This document shows positions 25,298 through 38,599 of a DNA stretch of 64,000 nt, piece after piece. Both the position numbers and the translations under genes were made by a program. The stretch spans positions 16,120,001 to 16,184,000 of the forward strand of contig NC_043014.1 in the NCBI RefSeq assembly GCF_006345805.1. Reading direction: 5' to 3'. The DNA comes from Octopus sinensis (lineage: Eukaryota). Position 1 is the first letter of the stretch; each line of letters starts with the position of its first letter. The notes beneath the pieces were generated by a model. That model was given only the letters and a program-made list of their open reading frames with translations. It searched no databases and had not been told where the DNA came from.

Positions 25298-25979
25298 ATA
25301 ATATATATATATATACACACACACACACATACACTCCTGCATGTATATAAGAGTACAGCGCCGACTTTTTCGGACACTGATGACCCGGAACCTCTTGTAG
25401 TCTACACTAATTTACAGGTACTTAATCTAACGTAAAGGCATCTGCATTTAATTTAATTATTTGATTAAATTTAATATTTGTTTAATTTAGAATGTATTGA
25501 CCTAAAGTGACCATTCTTGGCTCGGAAAAATCAGTTATCTAGAGAGTCTATGGAACCAAAGTTTCCGGAAAATCGATGTGGTTCCTGTATAAGATTAAAC
25601 TGTACCAAGTATATTATCCAGCATTAATAAAATAATAACTGGCCATGTGCCAAAATTTAAAATCAATATTAATAAAACAATACATTCAAACGAAAAGTAT
25701 AAACTTACCTTGAACAATGCTGGTAGTTAATTAATTTTCAGATCTTCTTGTAAATCAGTGTCGTGCAGCTAAATTTAACGCCAAACAAAAAATTGTACAA
25801 TGAAAATGTTAAATATTACATTTTCTTAGCTGTACATAATTTCTAATTGAAGTGTTAGCGGTAACTAACCAATCAATATACGGAATGTTTTGTGTTTGTG
25901 CGTATGTTTGTGTATGTGTGTTCGTGTGAGTGAGGGTGTCTGTGAGTATATATGTGAGAAAGAGAGAAAGGGAAAGAAA

Positions 25980-26028
<49 letters not shown>

Positions 26029-26819
26029 AACTGTACGGGAGAATATAATCTCAAGGCAAAAATGTTATGCTGATGCTACACATGGGAATTTCCTTAATAG
26101 CAGAATAATTGTTCCATGGAATGGCCCCAAGTTGAAAAACGTCCTCTGGCAAATAAAGTCAAATGGGTCGTCTTGATCATTTTTCATACAAAGTATTTTT
26201 CTCATAAATATTGTATTAGCACGAATTGGCTGTCAATCTTATTTCATTTTTCAGGTCCTTTTCTTACCCAACTTTCACTTAAATGACGAAAAGTATTGCT
26301 CATCCTTGTACATCACGATATCTTTTTGTTTCTTTACCGTTGATGATAATAAACTATCAGCACTCACAATTATCACTATATACCAGAGAATTCAACAAGA
26401 TCTGGTGAACTACAATTAATTTTCATTTATTTATCAATGTGCTTATTTATCTATTTATTTAGTTGCTTTTTTTTTCACTTTAATCTAGTTCGTGCCTTTC
26501 TTTCATAAACAATAATGTAAGGCAGCTAAGTGATTAGTCTCATCACATGACCTGGTTGTTGTTCACTTCTGTTTGGGCGGGTGTGTTAATGATTCGTAGG
26601 TTATCATATTACTTGAATTTTCACTGCCTACTGACTACGTAACCCCCATTAACACAGGTCAAATCGAGGTCTTGCGCAACGCGTAATCATCAAAATACAA
26701 TTCACCGTTAACCCCTCTCCCTTTGATCCCTACACCCACCTCGGCTTTTATTTCTTTCGTATCTGCCTACCATCTTTATCTCCTTCTTTCTTTCTTCTAC
26801 CTCACTCTCTCTGCACACA

Positions 26820-26852
<33 letters not shown>

Positions 26853-27029
26853 GGCTAACATATTATAAAGGCAGCGTTTTGGCAGTGACATAGGCATTAG
26901 ATATTTTGTATATATTTGCATGAGACTAAGAAGCAAAAAGGCGAAATACATCACGTCGAGTGGGTAAATGACAAAAGGGTCAATAATCACTGGCGTAGTT
27001 TGTGATCATTAACTGGAAGCACGTATAGT

Positions 27030-27449
27030 TCTTATTTCTTTATTGCCCACAAGGGGCTAAACACAGAGAGGACAAACAAGGACAGACAAACGGATTAAGT
27101 CGATTATATCGACCCCAGTGCGTAACTGGTACTTATTTAATCGACCCCGAAAGGATGAAAAGCAAAGTCGACCTCGGCGGAATTAGAACTCAGAACGTAA
27201 CGGCAGACGAAATACCTATTTCTTTATTACACACAAGGGGCTAAACATAGAAGGGACAAACAAGGACAAACATAGGTATTAAGTCAATTACATCGACCAC
27301 AGTGCGTAACTAGTACTTAATTTATCGACCCCGAAAGGATGAAAGGCAAAGTCGACCTCGGCGGAATTTGAATTCAGAACGGAACGGCAAACGAAATACC
27401 GCTTAGCATTTCGCCGGGCGTGCTAACGTTTCTGCCAGCTCGCCGCCTT
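27030..27449 (-). mobile_element. Tandem pair of SINE family D2 (full copy plus 5'-truncated copy)
   Basis: Two consecutive units at about 27215-27449 and 27030-27213, each with the tail TTTGTCC..TGTTTAGCCCCTTGTG..AATAAAGAAATA. Confidence 0.9.
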
Positions 27450-27571
27450 ATATGCACGTATGGTTCTTGTTGTTTAGCCCCAGGTCAGTGAATGAGCAGC
27501 CAGATGAGGAAGTTTCCAGTAGCAGTCATCCATCTTACCATATCCCAGAGACTAAATTCTTCCTTTTGAAG

Positions 27572-27642
<71 letters not shown>

Positions 27643-29454
27643 ACTTTGAAAGCTACGGTGAACACTCAATCACTGACCGAACGAAACTTCGGTTCAGGAT
27701 GGTAATTCCAGCTTATTTCGCAAAAATTAACACACGCTCTCTTTATTCAGTCTGTCTTTTGTTTTTGTATCACACATTGTCTTTATTTATCGTAATTAAC
27801 ATTGATTACCTTAGCTACACAGTCCAATTAAGCCATTAATGTCTTAAGGTTAATTTGTATTATATTTAATTTAATTATATAATTTTCTGCCTGTCATGCG
27901 TTAATGGGTTAAACAATAATGTCTTCACTCTAACAGTTGCTAATACGTATTGACGAGGAAGCCTGTAGGAAGCCGTTCAAAGTGAGCGATATTGCTGTTG
28001 CTGTTGTCGACGTCGTCGTTGTTTAGTCTCACGTTTACTCTGAGCAAATTTATGATAAAAATATTTCAAACCGTGACCATCCCGTCTTTTTAGGAATACA
28101 GAAAAAAACAAACAAACTGAAAATACATTTATCATTGGCGATCGAATACGACTTTAAAGTATGTATCATGCTTTCGCGAATTATTCCAGGAGCCCATGAG
28201 ACCCGACACAAGCATCCTCACGACTCTATTACCTTTGGCTCAGCTGAATATCTAGGATATATTACCTGGTGAGAGGGAGGCCTGAACTTGCCCTAGGCTG
28301 GTGATGAAAGGCAAAGTTGACTCCAAAGTTGACTCGGAAGGTAGAGAGACGGAACAAATACCACAACGCATACTATCCGAAGCTCAAACGACTCTGTCAG
28401 TCGCTTGCCTTTGGGGTATTTTTGTCAACATTACTTAATCTGACCTTCCGCCAGTTTTAAGACAGTAGACCATCATTTGAATGAGTTGCTTCATAGTCGT
28501 ATAAAGAGACTTTGAACAAGTTTGACAAGAAATCGTTTGCGAGGCTCATTCCAATACAGGGTTATTTCCCCCTCAGCCGTTTGCTAGTCTTACCACATTC
28601 AAGACACTGAGACTATTTGGTCTCTAGTGGGCAATCTTGCGCCACAGTCTTACTCATAGAGAATGGAAATTTGAATTTGGGTCTAGTCACCAAACTTTTG
28701 TTCTGATATGAACTAGAGACTGATTACTCCCACACAGGTATTTCTATGTGCCTGCACACAAGCAGGAATAGTAATTGGTGGAGAGCAGTATATGACTGTT
28801 TGGATAGTATTTTTAGATTGCTAACGAAAGAGTCGACAAGGAAATAGACACAAAGGAGTACTGCGCTTTATCTATGGCCAAAGACAACTATGAACTCACT
28901 TAGCTGTAAATAGTAACCATAGGGGTACATAGAGTCCCAAACTACAAGGGACGAGAACTGTGTATAATTTACGAATGCTTCATTCGCTTGTAGTACTTAA
29001 TTCAGATTGTCCCGTGGGCCCTACTTGGAAGGGCTAATTACAATGATACCATCAAGTGGCGCCTCTGGGAACTAACGGAATCTCTACGTGCTCTTTTCGA
29101 TAACACTCTATTCTCACTCAACTCTTATCAACCTATAGTCTTAAAAAAAATGACGGCTACACTGGACGATGCAACTATCGCTATTCAAAAAGGCGGCATA
29201 AAAATGGATGTAGGGCTTTTTGATCATAAATCTGCACAATCAGTCTTGAACATGAACTTGGAGTAAGTACAACAACGGGCTATGGAATACCGCACTGATA
29301 TCGCGAAATAGCAGACTCTGAAGTCCCATGTTTCATTTGGGTGGACCTTACTGATTTCAATGCTTTGAAATTAACCGTAATGGAACCTCTAACATGAATC
29401 GGGAGGTCATTTTTCTAAATAACATCGGAAATTCAATTCAATATTTTTTATTAT

Positions 29455-29660
29455 CAAGGTGGCGAGCTGGAAGAATCGATAGCACACCGGCAAAAATGCT
29501 TAGCGGCATTTCGTCCGTCTTTAGGTTCTGAGTTTAAATTCTGCTGAGGTCATCTTTGACTTTTATCCTTTCGAAGTACCAGATGAACACTGGAATCGAT
29601 CTAATCGACTTATTCCTTCTCCGAAATAGCTGGACTTGTACCAAAATTTGAAGCCAATAT
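29455..29660 (+). mobile_element. SINE family D
   Basis: AAGGTGGCGAGCTGGAAGAATCG...GACTTTTATCCTTTCGAAG...CTTGTACCAAAATTTGAA. Confidence 0.8.
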
Positions 29661-30153
29661 TTATCGTATTGGGAAAGTACAATGAAATTTCTTCTAGATG
29701 ACGGAATATTTGTTTTTAACATTATTAATGATGTCCAGCCACATAAACAAATAAAGTGATTCAAAAGTTCTTTTTATGTATGAATGTTCTGTTCTGTTTT
29801 TAATTATTTGAAGTCTTCCTGCGAGGAAGGAGCTAGTTTCTAACAAAGATACAAAGATCTAACACTGGATTGCATATTAGAATAACAATGTCACAATTTG
29901 AAAACGAGAAAAGTTTTGCATATTTTTACTACTCCGCTGCTTACAGCTTGTTTGTAATGTGCGAATTAACTGGCTGATTTCTTTTTCTGAAAACTCTAGC
30001 TTATCCAGATTGTCACTTAGACATTTTTTCGCAAAATCACGTGCACCGTATGTATGTATGTATGTATGTATGTATGTATGTATGTATGTATGTATGTATG
30101 TATGTATGTATGTATGTATGTATGTATGTATGTATGTATGTATGTACGTATGT

Positions 30154-30470
30154 GTGGAGGCGCAATGGTCCAGTGGTTAGGGCAGTGGACTCGCGGTCAG
30201 AGGACCGCGGTTTCGATTCCTAGACCGGGCGTTGTGTGTGTTTATTGAGCGAAAACACCTAAAGCTCCACGAGACTCCGGCAGGGGGTGGTGGCGACCCC
30301 TGTTGTACTCTTCCGCCCCAACTTTCTCTCACTCTTTCTTCCTATTTCTTGAACAACGCTGCGATGGACTGGCGTCCCGTCCAGCTGGGGGAAGCACATA
30401 CGCCATACAAACCGGGAAACCGGGCCCATGAGCCTGGCTAGGCTTGAAAAGGGCGCATAAATAAAAAAAA
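30154..30470 (+). mobile_element. SINE family B, full length with 12-bp TSD
   Basis: ATGTACGTATGT at 30142-30153 and 30471-30482; head GGACTCGCGGTC (Arg-TCG-like); poly-A tail. Confidence 0.92.
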
Positions 30471-31363
30471 ATGTACGTATGTATGTATGAATACACACAC
30501 ACACACACACACACGCACGCACACACACACACGCACGCACACACACACACGCACGCACACATGCACACACAAACACACACCTAGGCACACATACACACAC
30601 ACACAAAATTATGTAGGGGGTGGGGGGTCATCGCTTCGAATTCAACTTATTTCATTCCATGTTGCTGCAGGTCATTCAGCGGAAATAAATACCAGTCGAG
30701 TGCGATCGAACATAAGCACCCATGTTTATGCACACAAGTAAGATGAGAGCAACGAAACACTCATAAGTACAGCAGCTTACAGCGACGAATTCTACCAATT
30801 TGTGGAATCTGCTTAGTACCTTCCAGAGAGCTTATAACAAGTCATTAAACCTGCTAGAAATAACAGATAAATGTCTTCAGATCTTATCCCACTGTCTTTA
30901 AAAAATGAATGGCACAATAGCTAATGTAGTCACGGAAGCACAGTGCTGGGAAATCCATAGATGTTAGCCGTAATAGTATTTGTAAAATAATTTAATTTAT
31001 TAGATATACTGGATAGCCGTAAACGGCTGACATGTTTATATACAGTTTCATCGCGGACAAGAAAAAAGGAATCGATCAGACTATAGTTTCAAATGTGTTT
31101 ACATTCTTATTGGCAATTGTTTACTCGACTCTTAACTGACTACTATTATTAGGCGATTTATTAGACCAAGTAGACCGATTTAACAAATATTTGGTGGTTA
31201 GTTCGTCTAAATTTAGCACGTAAAATATGAACAATAAACATTGCTGACAAGAGAATACTTCGTTTTTAGAGGAAACATGTCTGAATAAAAGGCAGCAGGA
31301 ACGCCTTTGATCATAGGTCAGCTCGATCTGCTCTGGTTTGACCTGCGGCTAAACACCATTTTT

Positions 31364-31515
<152 letters not shown>

Positions 31516-31834
31516 CAATAAAAGCCAATTTCATTTCGAGCCAAAGAAGGAGCCTCTACGTGGTTGCTCGATCTGCTAGAAATAGCAGCCAAATTCCATC
31601 CCGAGTATCTATCTTCTCGACTGAGGACAGGTTGTGTTGAATAAAGTAGCCCTGGGTTGCCTGCATATAGGAGGAAGACGCGAGGGTCACAGTTGGTATG
31701 TATTTCCTCATGTGTCTGTTCGATCACGGCTGAACCTATGGTTAAACAAGAACAAAAGGAGCTAAAACAGCAGTAAAAAAAATTTAAATCACAACCTTAC
31801 AACCTTAAAAAAAAGGAATACATTGAATAGTATA

Positions 31835-32001
31835 GGCGTAGGAGAATGGCTGTGTGGTAAGTAGCTTGCTTACGAACCACATGGTTCCAGGTTCAGTCCC
31901 ACTGCGTGGCACCTCGGGCAAGTGTCTTCTACTATAGCCTCGGGCCGACCAAAGCATTGTGAGTGGATTTGGTAGACGGAAACCGAAAGACGCCCGTCGT
32001 A

Positions 32002-32043
<42 letters not shown>

Positions 32044-32091
32044 TATGTATATATATATATATATATATAATATATATGTGTGTGTGTGTGT

Positions 32092-32136
<45 letters not shown>

Positions 32137-32338
32137 TTGTGTGTCTGTGTTTGTCCCCCCAACATCGCTTGACAACCGATGCTGGTGTGTTTACGTCTCC
32201 GTAACTTATCGGTTTGGCAAAAGAGACAGATAGAATAAGTACTAGGCTTACAAAGAATAAGTCCTGGGGTCGATTTGCTCGACTAAAGGCGGTACTCCAG
32301 CATGGCCACAATCAAATGACTGAAACGAGTAAAAGAGT
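31835..32338 (+). mobile_element. SINE family A, full length
   Basis: GGCGTAGGAGAATGGCTGTGTGGTAAG head through the GAAACGAGTAAAAGAGT tail. Confidence 0.92.
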
Positions 32339-34480
32339 ATAGATGTAGATTTAAAAAAAGAAGAGACTGTATGGCTGTAGAGTAGCTGTTGTGTATGTAT
32401 GTGTGAGTGTATGTATGTGTGGTCTCTGTGTGTGTGCGCGCGCGTTGTATGATGTAGGGCGAGCCGTCCGCCCCGGCAATGCTGCATAAGCTTCTGTAGA
32501 ACCTGTTCTCAGACCATTTAAAAAAAAACTATAGACCCCTTCGATTACTATCCTTTTCTGATGGACGCCCATGCCCATTCGATGTTTAAAAACTAGTTTT
32601 ATAGATCACACATTTAACTTGTGCAGTTAGAACTACGTAAATAATACATCTAGAGTAAAACATTTTTCAGGGACCCTTAAAATACTACTGTGAACCTCTA
32701 GTTTACTAATTTGCTTGTGTAGACCCCCTAGAAATCTATTATGGACCATCAGGGATCATGTGGATCCCGGTTGAGAGCCATTGCTCTGTAGGCGTGGGAA
32801 CCCGGGATTGGAGGTTTAACCAGCAAACTGAAGGGTTGCTCCAGGTGGAAAACATTCTAGCTACGTCACACAGGTGAAATGCATTAGATTATATCAAGGG
32901 TGACTTGGGAGCTAAACAATAAACTTGAAACAGCTTTCTGCTACAGCTGCTCGAAATAGCAACCAAATTACCCTAAACTGCACATTTATCGTCGTAACAG
33001 TAGGGATGGAACATTAAATAATGTAATCTTGAATATGATATATGAACCATAAAAAAAAAAAAGACGAGCTGGTCTTAGCTGGAACGTTTTTGATGGATAA
33101 AACTTGGAAGAGACTAAACCCCACCACCAGCACCAGCACCAGCACCAGCACCGGCACCGCCGCCGCCGCCACCACCACCACCACCATCACCACCACCACC
33201 ACCACCACCACCACCACCACCATCACCATAACCATCTAAACCATGACCAAAGTTAACAATAACAAAATAACTTATTTAGTATTAATGAAGGGTCCTTTAC
33301 GTGGCTCTTTTAGTTGCCAGAAATAGCAGCAAAACCCCGAGCAAACCATACATTAACGTTTTTCTATTTTTTTTAAAATAGTTAATACGTATGGAATAAT
33401 GTAGTCTGAAAAGATAGAAAGGTCATGGCTGGAATACAAACGTGAACTGAGGCGATAACCGGCATGGTAGCTTTATGGCGAGCACGTCGTTGAGGGTTGT
33501 CGTGTTCATGTCAACCAGCGATTATCAGGCGATACAATTCATACCACTGACTCACTCCGACAGGTCTACTCTTCATAACTTTCAGCTCTCCGTAGTTCTC
33601 TATACTATATAATATATTTTGAATTATCTCGAAGTTCACTGCATTTTATTATCGTTGTCTCATAATAATAGCAATTCAATACAAATATTGAAAACGAAAT
33701 AAAGGAGTATATGGTTTAGTGGTTAAGGTGTTGCACTCACAAATCAGTGCAACACTACAGCGGTGCCCCAGTATGTCTGCAGTCAAATGACTGAAACAAG
33801 TATATATATATATATATATATATACTATACTTAAATGTACTCACTTTTACCAGCAATACCCTCCACAACCCCTAACTTATTTGGTATATATATATATATA
33901 TAGATTTTATTATTTGAGTATTGTTAGAATTAGTGAAGAACCTAGCTAACCCATGTACAACCTTCTGCCAGCTATGTTATCATCTACTACTGATTTATTT
34001 AAATTTAAAAAAAAAACATTTAAATTTAAAAAAAGCAATAAATGAATAAATGAATGAATAATAAATAAATTTCTCAGAAGACAGAATTATTTTACGACAG
34101 CAGTGTTAGTAAGTTGTACTAACGAACGAGTTTAGACTTTTGACTGCAGCCCAATAAACGTCGGACTGTGTTCTTAGGGATCAAAATTACTTTTAACTGT
34201 TTTGCTTCATTTTCTTTGTCTCATTCGCTAAGGATAATTTTGTGTACAGAAATTCACTTGAAATGTATGTGTCACTACACATTAGAGAAGTATCGGTTGT
34301 GCTTACTGGAAACGATCTGTTTTGATTGTTTCCTACAACATCCCGCTGTTATAGGTTATGCTATAATTCCGTCTCATCAATATACACGAGGAAAAAATTT
34401 CAGCTGAATATTGTTTGTCCCCTCTATGTTTAGCTCCCTGTGGGCAATAAAGAAATAAAAAATTATTTGTTAAAATTTTA

Positions 34481-34692
34481 AGGCGGCGATCTGGCAGAAA
34501 CGTTAGCACGCCGGGCGAAATGCTTGGCGGTACTTCGTCTGTCTTTACGTTCTGAGTTCAAATATCGCTGAAGTCGACTTTGCCCTTCATCCTTTCGGGA
34601 TCGACAAATTAAGTACCAGTTGAGTACTGGGGTCGATCTAATCGACAGGCCTCCTCCCCAAAATTTCGGACCTTGTGCCTCAATTAGAAAAT
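34481..34692 (+). mobile_element. SINE family D, full length with 14-bp TSD
   Basis: ATTATTTGTTAAAA at 34462-34475 and 34693-34706; GCCCTTCATCCTTTCGGGATCGACAAATTAAGTACC core. Confidence 0.9.
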
Positions 34693-34918
34693 ATTATTTG
34701 TTAAAAATTAAGCAAATTAAGCATTTTACATATATTTGAATGTGTTAAACTCGGTTGAATATGTTGAGCTTAACCGTTGCAATATACGCATGCGTCATAC
34801 TTTTACTCTTAATTTCCATTTCATAAACTTTTTCCTTCGAGTGTCAAACTAATAAATATTCTCAATGAATGTCTCATTGGACTCCTGTTGTTTTTGTGTC
34901 CGTCTTTTGTTATTGATC

Positions 34919-34956
<38 letters not shown>

Positions 34957-35057
34957 TATAATATATATATATATATATATATGTAGGTCCCGGGTTGATT
35001 CGGGGTTAACCACAGTAAATAAGGTACTCAATACATAGCAGAGTAAAATTAATTTAT

Positions 35058-35176
35058 TATATAGAAGGAGCTTCTACAGGACTAGAACTGTTTCATTCAA
35101 GAGAAATCTTCAGGAGCTTCCTGAAGATTTCTCTTGAATGAAACAGTTCTAGTCCTGTAGAAGCTCCTTCTATATA
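35058..35176. repeat. Perfect palindrome, 58-bp arms with a 3-nt loop
   Basis: 35058-35115 is the exact reverse complement of 35119-35176. Confidence 0.95.
35112..35168 (+). ncRNA. Candidate type I hammerhead ribozyme motif
   Basis: Stem I AGGAGCUUC/GAAGCUCCU; CUGAAGA core; stem II UUC(UCUU)GAA with a U.U base; GAAA; stem III ACAG/CUGU; GUA cleavage triplet. Confidence 0.7.
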
Positions 35177-35187
35177 TATATATATAT

Positions 35188-35425
35188 CTGTAAATGTAAT
35201 ATGTGACAATTGATCGGTAGCCATGGTAAAACTTCGTGTTTTGGATGCCGAGCTGGAAATCCATGCCGCTATCTCTTCAGTTATCCGGCCATCGGAAAAA
35301 AAAATTCTATGAAAATGCCGATGGCCGGATAACTGAAGAGATGGCGGCGTGGATTTCCAGCTCGGCATCCGAAAATCGGAGTTTTATCATGGCTACCGAA
35401 TAATTGTCACATATTAAATTTACAG
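35188..35425. repeat. Inverted repeat, 108-bp arms with a 22-bp spacer, HHR-like arms
   Basis: 35188-35295 versus 35318-35425; each arm has GATAA-CTGAAGA-G...CATCC-(G/A)AAA. Confidence 0.9.
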
Positions 35426-35571
35426 GTAAATTCCTCTATTTACATAATATCGAGGTCTCTTTCATTCTTCTGTTGTCTTACCATTTTTATCATATATATA
35501 TATATATATAGGTGAGAAAGTTGGTGTGTGAAAGCACGTGGTTGGATATATAGAAGATAGAAGAGAGTGAA

Positions 35572-36030
35572 AAAACTACAGAAGGCTTATTTTATAAGGT
35601 TAAAGAATATATTTAAGTCGTTATGTTAGAAGAATGTTATAAATTTTTCATATAGTAACATAGTTTTTGAAGAAATTACCGGTTTCGTGTAAACTTTTCA
35701 AATTTCTAAAATGTCTTTACCTACATCATGTCATGTCTTCGTTATGCAGTGCAAAGGAGAGTTCCAGGCAGGGGGAGGTAATAAGCGATTTCTTCCGGTA
35801 CAAGGGAGATAATCGCTTTATATTTCTTTTCCCTTATTTAATGAGATGAGTTTCCCTGTATAAGAATGTTAGGATGTAGGTAAAGACATTTGAGAAATTT
35901 GAAAAGTTAACACGAAACCGGTAATTTCTTCAAAAACTATGTTACTATATGAAAAATTTTATAACATTCTTCTAACATAACGACTTAAATATATTCTTTA
36001 ACCTTATAAAACAAGCCTTCAGTAGTTTTT
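35572..36030. repeat. Inverted repeat, ~157-bp arms with a ~145-bp spacer, HHR-like arms
   Basis: 35572-35728 versus 35874-36030, near-perfect reverse complement. Confidence 0.9.
35892..35930 (+). ncRNA. Candidate minimal type I hammerhead motif with U3-A8 core (mirror copy on minus strand at ~35672-35707)
   Basis: GAGAAAU-UUGAAAA-GU(UAAC)AC-GAAA-CCGGU-A-AUUUCUU. Confidence 0.6.
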
Positions 36031-36042
36031 CCCTCCTTTCTA

Positions 36043-36099
<57 letters not shown>

Positions 36100-36810
36100 A
36101 TATATTATATATATATATATATTTATGTATATATATATATATTTATTTATTTATCCATATGCATCCACTTAAACTTGGATGTTCTGTTAGAAGAAATTAT
36201 ACTGCGGTAGTTACCATGAGAGAAACTCTCATATTTGTTTTTGGTGCAAAACGCACTCTTGTTTATATGCTTCTGTCGCCTATATAAATGCATGCATGCA
36301 TGCATACATACATACATTTACAATATATATATATATTTATATATAGTCAATAAACAGAAGGAAAGCAAAATTAAAAACAAAAAAACAAAAAAAAAAACAA
36401 AAGCAATTGAAGTGATCTTTGGGAGACGAGTCTCCCACGAGCGTTGCAGTCTATATTTTATAAGGAAGGAAAAGAAACATTAAAAACTGCTCCATCATTA
36501 GACAGTCTGGTTTCTTTCCTTTTCTCCCTTTCTCAACAATCTATAGAGGCTAGCTTTCGCTCTTCCCCACTCTTGTTGCACACACATTTGCAGACATAAC
36601 AGATACGCGCACATACATTAATAATTAGTATACGTACACACATGAATATACGCACACACATGCAAACACACACATGCACACACACACGCACACACATACA
36701 TATATATAAATACAAAAACATATTTATATATATATATATATATATGTATATATAATATATATATATGTTATATATATATATATATATGTATATATATGTT
36801 ATATATATGT

Positions 36811-36841
<31 letters not shown>

Positions 36842-37168
36842 GTATGTATCTATATGTGTATGTATGTATGTATGCATGAATGTGCTATTAAGTTAGACAT
36901 GGCCTGGGCCAATAATGGCCGAAACCTATCAAAGTATCAAAGTATCAAAGTATATCTGTATGTATGTATGTATGTATGTATAAGCATATTTACATATATA
37001 TACATATACATATATATATGTATATATACATATATATATATATGTATATATATGTATATATATATATGTATATATATATATGTGTGTATATATATGTGTG
37101 TATCTATATGTGTATGTATGTATGCATGAATGTATGTATGCATGAATGTATGTATGTATGTATGTATG

Positions 37169-37218
<50 letters not shown>

Positions 37219-37545
37219 ACACGCATGTTTGTGTGCATGTACGTTGTGCTTGTATGAACGAGCCTGCATGATGCTTAATTACAATGTTTATTCAATGGAC
37301 GAAGACTGCAATAAACTCGTGAATTGAAAAAAAACAAAGCCAAACATGACGGCGACAAAACCTTCCAGTAACCAGTAATTGTCAGTAATTGCATATATGC
37401 ATTATGTAATCATTCAGTTGCACTACTCACATACATGCAATGCATAACAGGTTCTGCATTTTTGCGCAGCAATTAGCACAAAGACTTAGACATATACAAA
37501 AAGAAAAAAAGAAATGCTAAAATACAGAGGGAGAGAGAGAAAGAC

Positions 37546-37581
<36 letters not shown>

Positions 37582-37735
37582 GGAGGGTAGGAGAGGAGAA
37601 AGGGGGGGATATGATGAAGGAGGGCGAGAAAAAAAGATAGGAATGGACAAATAAAGGACATGGAAGGGAAGAGATAGACATTAAAAGGTATAAGAAAACA
37701 CGCACGCACACACACATATACACACATATACAGTG

Positions 37736-37766
<31 letters not shown>

Positions 37767-37850
37767 GTAAAGTATATATATATATATATTGTATACACAC
37801 ACACTCATATATATGCAGTATATATAATATATAAATATATATATATATAT

Positions 37851-37897
<47 letters not shown>

Positions 37898-37908
37898 ATA
37901 TATGTAAA

Positions 37909-37953
<45 letters not shown>

Positions 37954-37957
37954 CATA

Positions 37958-38001
<44 letters not shown>

Positions 38002-38033
38002 TATATATGGATGTATATTTATATATATAAATA

Positions 38034-38082
<49 letters not shown>

Positions 38083-38165
38083 GTTAAATTGCATAATTGA
38101 GTGTGTACACATAAAAATATATATACCAACATATATTCACACACATCTATCTGTCTGTCTGTTTG

Positions 38166-38200
<35 letters not shown>

Positions 38201-38206
38201 GTTTGC

Positions 38207-38295
<89 letters not shown>

Positions 38296-38561
38296 AAATC
38301 ACACGCCCAGAACGCAATACAGTCATTATATTTCAAAGAGGAAATGTCCTTAGTGGGTTCAAAAGGTCGAGCGAGCATTCACAGAAAGAGCTGTACGTAG
38401 ATACTTAGTTGTAAACTTTAATAAGTTTTAAAAATCAGCTAACTTCATCAACGGAATATCATGTGATTGACTCTGACGCAACTACTGCCTGTGTCTCTTG
38501 TTGAATGTAGACACACTCTTTCACACACGTACAAACACACTCATGCACACACACACACACA

Positions 38562-38599
<38 letters not shown>

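Noticed and set aside
25700-25775. Possible small minus-strand exon (AG acceptor, CAAG/GTAAGT donor near 25708)
   Set aside because: Stops in all three frames and no neighbouring exons; a non-coding exon cannot be excluded without RNA data.
36900-36935. GGCC(AATAAT)GGCC-GAAAC stem resembling HHR stem II
   Set aside because: No CUGANGA core and no stem I or III pairing; not counted as a ribozyme.
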